A stretch of 58,017 bases of DNA, from positions 29,190,443 to 29,248,459 of the forward strand of contig NC_068995.1 in assembly GCF_001194135.2 (NCBI RefSeq). Direction: 5' to 3'. The notes under the pieces were generated by a model that had not been told where the DNA came from, ran no database searches, and saw nothing but the letters and a program-made list of their open reading frames with translations. The stretch is from Octopus bimaculoides. Lineage: Eukaryota. Positions 12,586 through 24,645 of this stretch are shown one piece after another. Position 1 is the stretch's first letter, and each line of letters begins with the position of its first letter. Both the position numbers and the translations under genes were made by a program.

Positions 12586-13740
12586 GCTAAGAGGAAAGTG
12601 GAAGTGGTTGACTTGAAGGTTCGGAAGAAATTTGAGATCTGTGCTTGGGAAGGAATAAGAGGGATGGGGGCAGTCTTTATTAAATAATAGGTTCCAAGGC
12701 TGACTTTTGTTTTAAATTAAGATTTTTGAGGTATCAAAACTTATAGGATTATATAGATTTAGCGATGTGCTTGAAAGCTGAGTAGTAGCTGTGTTTACAA
12801 GAATAAATAGCATTAGAGAATCTTTTGAGTAACGAGGAGTTGTGAAGGCGAATAATGGTGAATGATTCTTTTGGACATAACTTACACTTACCGATATTTG
12901 CATTGTATGGGGGAGCTTCATTTACTATGGACCAGTGTAAGGTGTATGGAATATTTTGCGATTTGAAATTATGTATATAACCTACAACTTAATAAATACT
13001 AGCCTCCCTCTTATTTATTCCCATACACACATCTCAAATTTCTTCCACATCTTCAAATCAACCACTTCCACTTTACTCTTAGCCTCTCCACCCTCCCCAA
13101 CATCAAACAGTACCTAACACAACACCACTCCTTTGAAAACTACCAACCCAATTCCTTTGTCCCATAAACAACTACTTTTGACCATCTCCTCACCCCCTTT
13201 AGCTACTGAACCAGTCAACTCATTTCCCCCAATTATTAAGAACCCCTTCCCACTATCTCAGACTTTAACTCCATAGTCTTCATACAAACTACCACAAAGG
13301 TCATCACTCACATACTACCTAAACCACCCTCCCCGCCTTCTTCCCACCTTCCCCCTCTACTACTATCACTAGCCTCATTATTAATCCTGACTCTGAAATC
13401 TATTTTCGCTTCCAACTACTCTCTATCTAAATAACCTCAACTTCCCTTCCTAACACACTTTGCTCTCCACAAAATCATTCTATCTTTAAACTCCATCCTG
13501 TGAACACCTCATATGTAAAATTCTTCACTGTAAACTCTCCTCTGAGGATGGAGAAGGTGTTAACCGATAATGGATCCAAGTAACTATCATTATTCCCGAC
13601 CACCAAGCCCCAGAAACAGCTGTTGGTCTCATAAAACTGTACCCATTTAACTCCTGATATCATTTATAAGTAGGATTATTTTATATCCATGCACATGTAT
13701 ATTTTTTCTATTAAATGTATTTAGTATTGTCTAAATCGAC
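12586..13740. mobile_element. Penelope-like element: inverted GIY-YIG C-terminus plus pLTR (12586-12975, -) head-to-head with a pLTR copy (12985-13740, +)
   Basis: The minus strand gives NIPYTLHWSIVNEA / PYNANIGKCKLCPKESFTII...LLKRFS...CKH across a frameshift. 12586-12700 is the diverged reverse complement of 12985-13085. Confidence 0.65.
13537..13628 (+). ncRNA. Hammerhead-like motif (core intact, weak stems)
   Basis: CUGAGGA (13542-48), UGGAG...CCCCA, GAA-ACAGCUGU-U^ (13613-24). Stem I has only 2 bp. Confidence 0.45.
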
Positions 13741-15038
13741 TTGCCTAAATTGCTTCTCATTATATTTACTCATCTACCGGCTCAAGTTTAAACCTCTTTA
13801 GCACTTCGAAATGTAGTGTATATACAGAACACATGTTTCTAACCTATATCTATCTATCTATTTATATATATATANNNNNNNNNNNNNNNNNNNNNNNNNN
13901 NNNNNNNNNNNNNNNNNNNNNNNNNNNNNNNNNNNNNNNNNNNNNNNNNNNNNNNNNNNNNNNNNNNNNNNNNNNNNNNNNNNNNNNNNNNNNNNNNNNN
14001 NNNNNNNNNNNNNNNNNNNNNNNNNNNNNNNNNNNNNNNNNNNNNNNNNNNNNNNNNNNNNNNNNNNNNNNNNNNNNNNNNNNNNNNNNNNNNNNNNNNN
14101 NNNNNNNNNNNNNNNNNNNNNNNNNNNNNNNNNNNNNNNNNNNNNNNNNNNNNNNNNNNNNNNNNNNNNNNNNNNNNNNNNNNNNNNNNNNNNNNNNNNN
14201 NNNNNNNNNNNNNNNNNNNNNNNNNNNNNNNNNNNNNNNNNNNNNNNNNNNNNNNNNNNNNNNNNNNNNNNNNNNNNNNNNNNNNNNNNNNNNNNNNNNN
14301 NNNNNNNNNNNNNNNNNNNNNNNNNNNNNNNNNNNNNNNNNNNNNNNNNNNNNNNNNNNNNNNNNNNNNNNNNNNNNNNNNNNNNNNNNNNNNNNNNNNN
14401 NNNNNNNNNNNNNNNNNNNNNNNNNNNNNNNNNNNNNNNNNNNNNNNNNNNNNNNNNNNNNNNNNNNNNNNNNNNNNNNNNNNNNNNNNNNNNNNNNNNN
14501 NNNNNNNNNNNNNNNNNNNNNNNNNNNNNNAAAATCAGTCACCCAATCAAATCTAATTGCTTTTTCGTTGAACTGTAATGACTACGTAATATAATATAAT
14601 ATAATATAATATTATATTATATTATATTATATTATACTCTACGTACATACACAGCTTTTTTTTACTCAGAATCATCGCAACTGTCCGACTAGCGGTCACG
14701 TGACCCCCATTTGTGAAGATTTTTCAGCTTTAATAAATAGTGTGTGTGTGTGTGTGTGTGTGTGTGTCTGTGTGTGTGTGTGTGTGTGTGTATGTGTGTG
14801 TCTGTGTGTGTGACTGTGTGTGTGTTTGTGTGCGTACGTGCGTGTGTGTGCGTGTGTGTGAAAGTTTGTATGTATGTATGTATGTATGCATTATAAGGGA
14901 GCAGAGTTCTGATAAATGAGAAATTAAAATCCTACTCCTTCATCTAGAGTTGATGCTTCTTATATAGAAAGTTGGCTTTAAGGGAGTTGCTCGTTGGGAA
15001 CGTATTGAAGTATAAAGGCAGATAAACACACGTAGGCT

Positions 15039-15472
15039 TAATGTGTATATTTACATGGAATACAAAATACAGAAGACTAAACAAAGAATAAAGAATAAGC
15101 GAAAGGTGTTATGTAATAGCTTTATCTTGACAACTGCGTTGGAAGCACCATGTCTTATGTTGTAATCATGTTCATACATAATAAAGACACAATATGTCAT
15201 AGGTGTATGGAATTGCATAATTTCCTGTGGAACTTATGCCCTTACTATATTTTTCCGGTATGTGTGACCAGGTTTCGCTAAATGGAGCCACAGGAACTTA
15301 TTTCAAACACCTACGACATCATTGATCTTTAGTATGTATAAACGGGACAACGACATAACTATGATTTGCCCGAAACAGCTGTCAAGATAAAACTATTACA
15401 TAGCACCTTTTGTTTACTTTATTGCATGTTCCCGTATTCTGCATTTTGTATTCCATGTAAATATACACATTA
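15039..15472. repeat. Diverged foldback carrying a hammerhead 3' half (CCC-GAAACAGCTGTC, 15369-15383)
   Basis: The terminal arms TAATGTGTATATTTACATGGAATAC / GTATTCCATGTAAATATACACATTA are exact reverse complements. The inner arms are partly matched. Confidence 0.75.
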
Positions 15473-15492
15473 GTCATACTTGTTTACGTACC

Positions 15493-15645
15493 CTTCTTCT
15501 TCTTCTTCTTCTTCTTCTTCTTCTTCTTCTTCTTCTTCTTCTTCTTCTTCTTCTTCTTCTTCTTCTTCTTCTTCTTCTTCTTCTTCTTCTTCTTCTTTAT
15601 CTTCTTCTTCTTCTTCTTCTTCTTCTTCTTCTTCTTCTTCTTCTT
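15493..15645. repeat. (CTT)n microsatellite
   Basis: Seen directly. Confidence 0.95.
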
Positions 15646-16411
15646 TCATATATGTGTGAGTGTCTGTGTGTGTGTTTGTGTGTTTGTGTGTGTGTGTATA
15701 TCTTTTAACTTTTACTTGCTTCAGTTATTAGACTGAAGCCATACTGGGGCACCACCTTGAAGAATCTTTAGTCGAACGAATTGACTCCAGTATCATTGTC
15801 AATTTGTGGGAAACACACACACACACACACACACACATACGCTCACATATATATATACGACTGGCTTCCAGACAATTTTCTTCAACAAAATTCGCTCACG
15901 AGGCATTGCTCGGCCAGGGTCATAAGTAGATGACACTTGCCCAAGATACCGCATAGAGAAACTGAACCCGAAACCATGTGGTTTTAGTTATGCCTGCGTT
16001 CAGGCATAAGAATGTATGCCAACTAATAAGAGCTGGTTGTGCTGCGTTTAAGATACAATGCTTTATTTTGGAGAAAGCTAGTCCATAGGGGTACGTATCG
16101 TAATAAAATTCCTTTAGATGCCCCTTGTGCTTGAGTGATAAATTTTCAATAAACCGAAAATCTGAAGTTTTGAATATTTGGAGACATTTTTCGAAATTCC
16201 TAATCCCTAAACCACTACCATCAAATGACTAGCTCTACAAGCTTTACCAATTATTACCGATCTATTTAATTAATTAGTTTTACGTAACCCGTTATTTATT
16301 GGACGCTTTCGTTCATTCCTTTTATTTTTATATTTTTATAATTATTTATCATTGTGGAAGTTTGTTTAAGGTTTTGGTTATAAACACACACGCACGCACA
16401 TACGCGCGCGC

Positions 16412-16518
<107 letters not shown>

Positions 16519-16574
16519 CAATGGATAATAAAACGAATGGTTTACACCTGGTACCTTACTGGTAAAGCACAGTA

Positions 16575-17090
16575 ACTTTCACAGTTTCAACCAAGATCGC
16601 TGGAAAATTCTTTACTACCTGGACAAGTGTTTGGGCAGACGACTGATTCATTTAAGAATCGTTATCGTAACCATGTTGCCAGCTTTAAGACAATCAATAA
16701 GAGACATTCAACATCTTTGGCAGATTTTGTATGGCGACTGAAGGAAGATAAAATGAATTACAGCATACAAAATCGCCATACAAAATCTGTCAAAGATGTT
16801 GAATGTCTCTTAATCATTGTCTTAAAGCTGGCAACATGGTTACGATAACGATTCTTAAATGAATCAGCCGTCTGCCCAATGTAAACATAGGGCCCTCCCC
16901 TTGTATGCGCAATACATTTATATACAAGATTTGTACTCATACAGAGATTCATCAAAGGACATTTTGATTTTTCTTTGCATGAGCATTTATCGTATTTATT
17001 TGTATATAAGGCAGTCCAAACTTCATTTACTGGAGTTGTTACCGTGTTAGCTGTATCGTAAGTATTTCTACTACTACGCGAAACCATACA
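16575..17090. mobile_element. Penelope-like GIY-YIG fragments in inverted orientation (hairpin 16633-16737 / 16773-16878)
   Basis: The minus ORF reads KCSCKEKSKCPLMNLC...LVYKC...YVYIGQTADSFKNRYRNHVASF...STSLTDFVWR. The plus copy repeats GQTTDSFKNRY...VWRLK and is preceded by STKIAGKF..LDKC. Confidence 0.85.
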
Positions 17091-17719
17091 ATATAATTTA
17101 CTTTAAGCTATGGATGACTTAAGTTTACTTTTAACCTCCCCATTCTTTCAAACACCAAGTAGATAATTAACTCGCTTTATGATCATGAGTGCACCAAACC
17201 TCACGTGTGCATATGCTTACATTTTTGCGGATGGTTGTATGAGTGAGTGTACTCGCGCCATGCAACTTGCCCGAGGGCGTTTATACATCCATATTTGTTA
17301 ACGGTTGTTTTAAATACTTTTCTCGCTGGATTGCGTGTTCGTTTCTCTTTTTGCCATCTGTAATTTTACTTTTGATCTTGTATATAAATGAAGATATTTC
17401 CTCCGTCCAGCTGCTTTTCTTTCTACAAAACAGGAAGTTACATTGCGGAACTGTTATTTTAACGAATTGTACTTTTTTATCACCCGACGAGATACACCTG
17501 CACTGCCGGATGCTCCTGAACTAGTTGTTGAGTGTCCTACACATGAGGGATCAATGCTAGATGTCGAAACAATTGTCATGATTAATAATAAATTCTCGTA
17601 TATTCTATCTTCCATCTTTCATTTGTTATACACACACACGCACATACACACACACTCACATACACACACTCACATACACACATACTTTCAAAGCCAAGTG
17701 CTGCAAAATTAATACTGGT

Positions 17720-18700
17720 ATAAATGTAAATTTGTAATTCGGATATAGAAGCAGGAGGTTTCGAAGCAGTTGTCCATAGTTATCATCCTTTCCTTTGATT
17801 TTCAAAGAGAAATTCACATCAGCAGGACATCTAACCCCTATGACGGTACATATTTTTTTTTGTCAATCCCAAACAACAATATCCGGCTTGTTATGTTTAC
17901 ACTTCACAGATGCTTTGATGGAAATGTTCCATCAGTATTCCTTGTGCTGATATTTATGAACGTATTCAATAACAGGGCGATTCTTCATACTTATTCCAGG
18001 ACAGACTGTCTTTTTTTCCCGAATGGCTTTGTATATCGTTTTTGCGACGTCATATCGCATAGGGAGAAAGTACCTTGATGACATTTTTGGGAAGCTGCTA
18101 ATCACATGTGTGATGTCTTAATCTACGTAATCTACATTTACGGTTGTATGTTGGAATTCTAAGGGCTTCACTGTTGGGGGTGGGGGGTTGATTAAGTATT
18201 TCGTAGTAATCTCCTGTTCTTAGATTCGCAGTCACGAATACAGGGGAGGTTTCGCTTCATGTCAATGTTACTACTCTCTTCAAGTCTACGAGAAACATAA
18301 CCCAAAAGGTCAACAGGAAGAGAGTACTTCTTGGGGAGTTCGTTTCCAACACGTAAGATATTTTTTCTTCATTTTTCAGCCCTAAGTTAATGTGTTTATT
18401 TTTGCTGTTTAGCAAGTGCTATCTGAGAGAGACTACACGATATTCAATGGCTGTCTGCACTGATCTCAAGCGCCTACCTCCTTTATTTTTTCTTACGTAG
18501 AGTCTTAATCACTATTTTTGTGGAGATTTCCAGATGATAATAGAATTTTGCGGGTTTTAATGCCTATGGAGTGGATTTCTTCTACAGACCAGTCAAGTTT
18601 CTCAAATTTTAGAATCAACACTAGCACTGTGAATGCATTGTGGGATATTGTCTTGTAAGGGGAGAGTTCAGACTGCCATAATTTTCTTAGTTTGGTGTAA
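17720..18700 (-). mobile_element. R4/Dong-type LINE remnant (post-RT region, CCHC, RLE)
   Basis: KIWQSELS...LDWSVEEI...KTRKIL...GGRRL, then DITHVISSFPKMSSRYFLPMRYDVAK, then KHNKPDIVVWD..KKICTVI..RCPADVN...YGQLLRNL. Frameshifted. Confidence 0.75.
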
Positions 18701-19183
18701 TATTCTTCGGTCTCTCTATCTTTATTTCTTGGTATGATATATTTTCATCAATGCTAATGTTTGTGTGTATGTATTATTATGTAGGAATATATATATATAT
18801 ATATATATATATACAAACACACACACACATATATATATGTATATGTGTGTGTGTGTGTTTATCAAAGCAGAATAACCTTCTTCATCGAGCCTATATATCA
18901 ACCCATGACGTTGAACAAGCCGAAATATTGAAACTGTCAAGCTTTTCCTTGTAAAATATTGTGTGTATGTGTGTGTGTGTGTTTGTGTGTGCGTTTCCAT
19001 GTGTGTTTTTGCGCGCGCGCGCGTATGTGTATGTGTGTCTGCGTGTGTATGTGTGTATGTGTCTGTGATGTGTTTATGTTTTATTTATGCTTCGATGCAC
19101 ATGTGAATTATGTAGTCACATACGCCCACACATGTTCACACACACACGTATGTATGTATTAATGCGTGTGTGGTGGGTGTGTA

Positions 19184-19920
19184 CAGGGCATTCGGGCTAA
19201 ATTTGACAGTTTGCATAAAAGGAAAAGAAAACACAATATTCCATACAAAAATTGAAATATTTCAAAATATCAAAAGATATCAACTAGATTATGAATGGGA
19301 GATAACAGCTTTCTCAAAGTAGCCGGCCCCAGCTTCCACAACAGCCTCAAGACGGCTCCAATATGTGGCGAATGCGTTCCACATTGTGTTTCTGGGAAGA
19401 ACTTCGAACATCTGCTTGACCTTGGCCACCAGCTGGATTTTGACGTCGCAGATAGAGCAGATGGTGTCTTCCCCAACTGTGTCCCACACATAGTAATAGA
19501 TGGAATAACAATTGGTGGAATTAGGCGGTCAGAAATTGAGGTTGGGGAAGTCGTAGAACTTCTCCAACGTCCACTTCTGTTTCCGGTGGTATGGCAAGGA
19601 ACAGAATTCTATTGACACACAAATGACCTTCTAGAAGTAACTCCCTCTAGCCAGGGAGTGACCAAGTTCCCAACAGTTTCACATAGTCGTTTGAATTGAG
19701 TTTAAGGCTCTGTTCACCAGTTGTTGGATGAACTCCGGTGTACAGACGCAGTCAGAACGCCTGCTGTGTCCCTTCCTGCCGGCCACGGCTTTGTAGTCTC
19801 TGTTTTAGCTGTCCATATCACGTCTTACAGTCTTTTCAATGTTGACAGAGCATTGAGCTGCAGTAATGATGTTAGCATTTTGATACCTGGTGTGAATCAT
19901 CATGATCCTCCATGTTAGCT
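19184..19920 (-). pseudogene. Tc1/mariner superfamily maT (DD37D-like) transposase remnant with one TIR
   Basis: QKW..EKFYDF..NF*PPNS..YYYVWDTV...SRLEAVVEAGAGYFE. The left end is TA|CAGGGCATTCGG. An internal deletion joins RSDCVCTPEF to LKLNSNDYVKLL. Confidence 0.75.
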
Positions 19921-20039
19921 CAACTCAACTTTAATCTTTATGCTTTCCAACGGCGTTGAACTTACTAATGCATATATGTATATCTGCTTGTGTGTGTGTG
20001 TAGTGTGTGTGTATATGTAGTGTGTGTGTGTAGTGTGTA

Positions 20040-20098
<59 letters not shown>

Positions 20099-20276
20099 CA
20101 CAAAATAACAAAACAAACAACTGAACGCAACCTACAGCTAACTGTAGCAAACATTTAGAATAAATTGCCGCCAAATTCACTCTTTCTTGTTTCATCTTTC
20201 CATCTGTGTCTTTGCATGAAAAGAGCTCTTTGTCGCAGCAATGTCTTTTGTTTTAGCAAGCTTTGAATATAAAACA

Positions 20277-21962
20277 CTAGCAGAGTTACCCGGCGTTGCC
20301 CGTGTTACATGCAATGGAAGAATTAGACTTTTCTGTTATATTTTCTCTAAATACTGGAATACCTATGATTCGAATTTCATCAAAATTACAGATGAGGGTT
20401 CTTTCCCTCTTTACACACCGTAACAAATTCTAATCATGACATATGTATCCAATACTACTGATCTTTATGCACAGATTCCAAAATTCCAGTCTTATGGAAC
20501 CTGTTAGAAGGATTTTGCTCCTGAAAAATGGAGGTCATGGAGCTCTAAAATGTGGGAGTTAAGGCCCATATTATGGGTCGGTATCTTAATGTCAACCAGA
20601 GAAGATGAATTGTTGAGAATGTTTTGACTTGGGTGTTATATCTATTGTTCGAATTTCTTTGAAATAAGAAATATGTGTATGCTCACTGGATTTGTAAAAG
20701 AGAGCAAAGCTACAGGAAACCAAAAGACGAATGATCACAATAAGCAGTCAGCTACCCTACCCTAGCCGTTACTACTTCCCAGTGTAGAATTCCTCACCAT
20801 ACAGGTGACGGGGACAGCTGTAAGATGCATTACGGGTCTATAGCAATTGGAAGGGCGTGACCCAACTCAAATAAGCATTAACAACGTGTGACGTGAGGGC
20901 TAAGGGGAAATGAAAATGTCACCTCTTGAGTTTGTAACTGACCACTAAACCGATAGGTAACTGGACAGAATAAATTTACAAACTATAAATGTCTTTCAAT
21001 AACCAGTCACTCATATGGGAAGGCCTTGAAATCAATGTTACCACCTGGGGACTATGTGTGACCCAGTGATAATAAAAAGATTCAAAGGAGGTCTGCAAGG
21101 AAATAACTTTACTCAGCACTTTGCAACTGAATCAGTGTAGGCAAGGATGCCTCTCATTTACTTGACAACTTATGCACCACATTGCAGAAATCACAATGTA
21201 AGTATATCTCAAAACAAACTCTTACACTGTTGTACCATTGAATTGCAAATAACGCTCATCTTTTGTGCTCGGGTGACAGTACAGCTTTCAAGAGTACAAC
21301 TGTATTCGTCTTTGCTTAGATAAAATGACTAAATTGTGGGTGTTAAGTCCCCATGAAGAGGTCTTTCTAATTTCTAAGATGAAATTGTAGAAACATTGTT
21401 TCATTTGTGTCTAATATCTATGGCTAAAATTTCATCAACAGCAAAAATATTTGAATTTTCATGGGGGTTATGGCCCTTATGCATAGAATATAATTACCAA
21501 ATTTCATAAAGATCCATTCAGTACTTTTGACCGAGTTTTGGATCATAAAAAATGACTAAGATTTGGGAGTTAAGGCCCCCATTAGGGGGTGGTCTTAGAA
21601 TCCTGATAAGAAGTGGAAAGCTTGCAAATACATCTTAATGCATATCAATTATCCATGGTTGAAATTTCATCAACATCGAAAATTTATGAATTTTCATAGG
21701 GGTTCTTCCCCCTTTAAGCCATCTCAAATTCAAACCAAACATACTGCATTATACCTGCCCTTTTGCATTGATTCTAAGTTCCAAATATCATAAGGATCCA
21801 TTCAGTAATTTTGGTCCATGAAATTGTATGAAACACACAGCATTACCCTTCTCCCTATGCTTGGATTTTGTGTTCTAAGTTTCATTAGAATCGATGCAGT
21901 AGTTTTCGAATGTATAAGTAACACAGGAACACGCATAAAGACATTGGCTTTTATATAATAGA
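20277..21962 (-). mobile_element. Non-autonomous Helitron
   Basis: Minus-strand termini are A|TCTATTATATAAAAG ... CGGGCAACGCCGGG (hairpin) ...CTAG|T, the canonical TC/CTAG ends at an A|T site. It contains diverged internal repeat units. Confidence 0.75.
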
Positions 21963-22089
21963 TATGAATATACACATATACATACATGTATATGTGTGTG
22001 TGTGTGTGTGTGTTATATTTATATNNNNNNNNNNNNNNNNNNNNNNNNNNNNNNNNNNNNNNNNNNNNNNATATATAAACATATACACA

Positions 22090-22345
22090 CACACACTTTG
22101 AACTTTTCCACTTTTGTAAACCTCCTTTATCATCCTTTTTTAACTTCCGGTCAGCCATTGTTATTATGATTGTCTGTTGACTGAACACTATTCAATTTTT
22201 TTTCTCCGTGTTTTTCTCCTTGTCTCCGTATTCTTTCTGTTGAAGAGCGTAGCTCGAAACGTCAAAGACTTTCCGTATTCCCGAGCGTCATACTAATACA
22301 TCCTTTTGTTATTTACACCACCTGTCCTCGTCTGTTGTTATTATT
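22090..22345 (+). mobile_element. Short PLE/retrozyme-like repeat between TA/CA microsatellites
   Basis: Pyrimidine-rich unit containing the hammerhead motif at 22232-22268. Related tails occur at ~12000 and ~46230. Confidence 0.55.
22232..22268 (+). ncRNA. Minimal type I hammerhead-like motif with a CUGUUGA core
   Basis: UCUUU-CUGUUGA-A-GAGC-GUA-GCUC-GAA-ACGU-C^AAAGA. Stem I is 5 bp, stem II is 4 bp, and the cleavage triplet is GUC. Confidence 0.6.
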
Positions 22346-22372
22346 TGTATATTCTCCCATATATACATACAC

Positions 22373-22407
<35 letters not shown>

Positions 22408-22704
22408 AAGATAGATTGCTAGATACAACTGGGTGGGCAAAGAACAATATGAGACACTGCCTAGTGCTTTTTTTATTTTGATAAGCCATATTCTATCAAT
22501 TACTTCTTGTCAAACCAGTAAGTTATGGGGATGTAACTAAACAAACAGCAGTTGTGAAGCAGTGATGAGGGAGAAACCCAGAGACAAAGACACACACATA
22601 CACTTACATATATACATACATATAAATACGATTGATTTCTTTCAGCTTCTGTCTACAAAATCCACTCACAAGGCTTTGGTTGGTCTATCAATATATATTT
22701 CTCA

Positions 22705-22870
22705 CATAAGGCAGTGAGCTAGCAGAATCGTCAGTGCGCTGGACAAAATGTTTAGTGATATGTCATCCGCCTTTACGTTCTGAGTTCGAATGCCGTCGGG
22801 ACTGATAGAATAAGTACCAGTTGAACACTTACTCCCTGCCCCGAAACTGCTGGCCTTGTGCCAAAATTTG
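22705..22870 (+). mobile_element. SINE family B (internally deleted copy)
   Basis: TAAGGCAGTGAGCTAGCAGAATCG...GAGTTCGAATGCC...GATAGAATAAGTACCAG. Confidence 0.65.
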
Positions 22871-22984
22871 AACCAATATATATTTCTCATATAGTGGGGA
22901 GAAATGTGACTGTATGGTAGGTTTCCTACACAAATGTGAAAACGACTTCCTGGAAGAATGTTTAGAAATAAGGATTTTCCCAAA

Positions 22985-23241
22985 CACTGGTTGTCAACCG
23001 GTGTCCACACGGCCATTGGGGGTCCATATAAGATTTTGTTGTTAAAATTTATCCGCAATACATTAGTTATATTTCTACAATACACAAGATATTTTAGCAA
23101 TTTTTTGTTATACAATTCTTAATAATGTTTTCGAAAAAAAGTATACAGTAAGGATTTTTAAAAATCGAATGCTAAGGGAGTCCATCCGAGTAAAATAGGA
23201 ATCAAAGGAGTCCATAGGTAAAAAATGGTTGAGAAAGACTG
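22985..23241 (-). mobile_element. hAT MITE, older deleted relative of 27134-27534
   Basis: Ends are CACTGGTTGTCAACC / GGTTGAGAAAGACTG. The subterminal sequence matches the 27134 element. Confidence 0.6.
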
Positions 23242-23419
23242 CTCTAAAATAAAGGCCTTTGTCATAATTTGGTTTCATTAAGGATTAATCAATATCTTTA
23301 TCAACAGCAGACACTATAAGTGGTTTTTTTAGTTCGAACATGAAATTACTGTTGTTGCCATACATTAGAAGCATGATGAGAATTAATGACTGTACACTTT
23401 CTCATTTAAGTATCTTTAT

Positions 23420-23639
23420 TTATCCTTTACTTGTTTCAGTCATTTGACTGCTACCATGTTGAGGCATCGCCTTGAAGAATTTTTAGTCAAATGTATCAAG
23501 CCCAGCACTTAATATTTTTTCTCTTTTAACCCAAGTACCTATTCTAGCGGGATCTTTTGCCGAACCGCTAAGTTACGAGGGACGTAAACACACCAACACA
23601 GATTGTCACACTGTAGTGGGGGTGAAACACAAACACAAA

Positions 23640-23707
<68 letters not shown>

Positions 23708-23820
23708 GCTTTGTTTGGCCCGAGGTTATAGAAGACACATCCCCAAGGTGCCACGCAGTGGAAAACTCGGCACCATGTGGTTGGGAAGCAAGCTTCTTCT
23801 CACGCAGCTACGCCTGCGTA
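23420..23820 (-). mobile_element. Composite SINE family A
   Basis: Reverse complement of the 15-375 architecture with an internal (CA)n. Confidence 0.75.
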
Positions 23821-24099
23821 CAATGACCAACTTTTAGAAAATGAATATAAAAATGGAAACGTTATCGGTTGTCCTAGAGCAACGAGGGATCAAAATGTCT
23901 ACGGCGAATGACAAAGAATCTGAACTGCTTTCGGGTAAGAAAGGATACAAATGCTTTAGAGAAAGAGGGAATCAAAACGACCGCAGGGCAATAAGGAATC
24001 ATATTACTACTACTACTATTTCATTATTATGTTTGCAATGCAATAATCAGCAATATGCTAGTAGAACCAATCGGTGTATTTAGCAATTCCAATTTATCT

Positions 24100-24645
24100 T
24101 GACTGTTTCTTTCATCTTTCACGTGTAGGATCTTTGGTCGTTAGGGTAGCTACTGTTAGATTTTTAGCGCTCTATTTTTTTAACCATGTTTTTGTCTCGG
24201 TTATACCTAACAATTCGAGTTATGGAAGTACATAGACTTAAATATTTTACCTGGTTACTTAAATCATAATGTTATCTATCTTCTCTTTAGAGTTCAACGA
24301 AAAGGTATGCATAAGTTTAGCAAAGTTCTATCTATAAGTTTTAAAGCGCATTAAGTATTTCTTTATAGAAATGAAGAGAAGTAATAGTTGAATGTCATAA
24401 TTTTACTGAAGTTATGTATGCGCTTTCACTGGACACTAAAGAAAAGATAGATAACATTATGCTGTAAGTAGCCAAATAAATATTTAATTATTATGTACTT
24501 TCGAAACATAGAGATTTATTAGATAAAACCGTGTCAAAGACATGGTTAGAAAATAGAACACTAAATATATTACAGCAGTTGCCCTAACGACCAAAGTTCC
24601 CATATGTGAAAAACGAATGCCGGATAAAATGCATTAAAACAGTTA
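24100..24645. repeat. Old foldback element (~230-bp diverged inverted arms)
   Basis: CTTTGGTCGTTAGGG / CCCTAACGACCAAAG, AACCATGT / ACATGGTT and CATAATGTTATCTATCTT / AAGATAGATAACATTATG pair in nested order. Confidence 0.75.

Noticed and set aside
12712-12921. ORF-track frame resembling RT motif A (ISFD)
   Set aside because: A neighbouring frame gives a better match to a GIY-YIG C-terminus.
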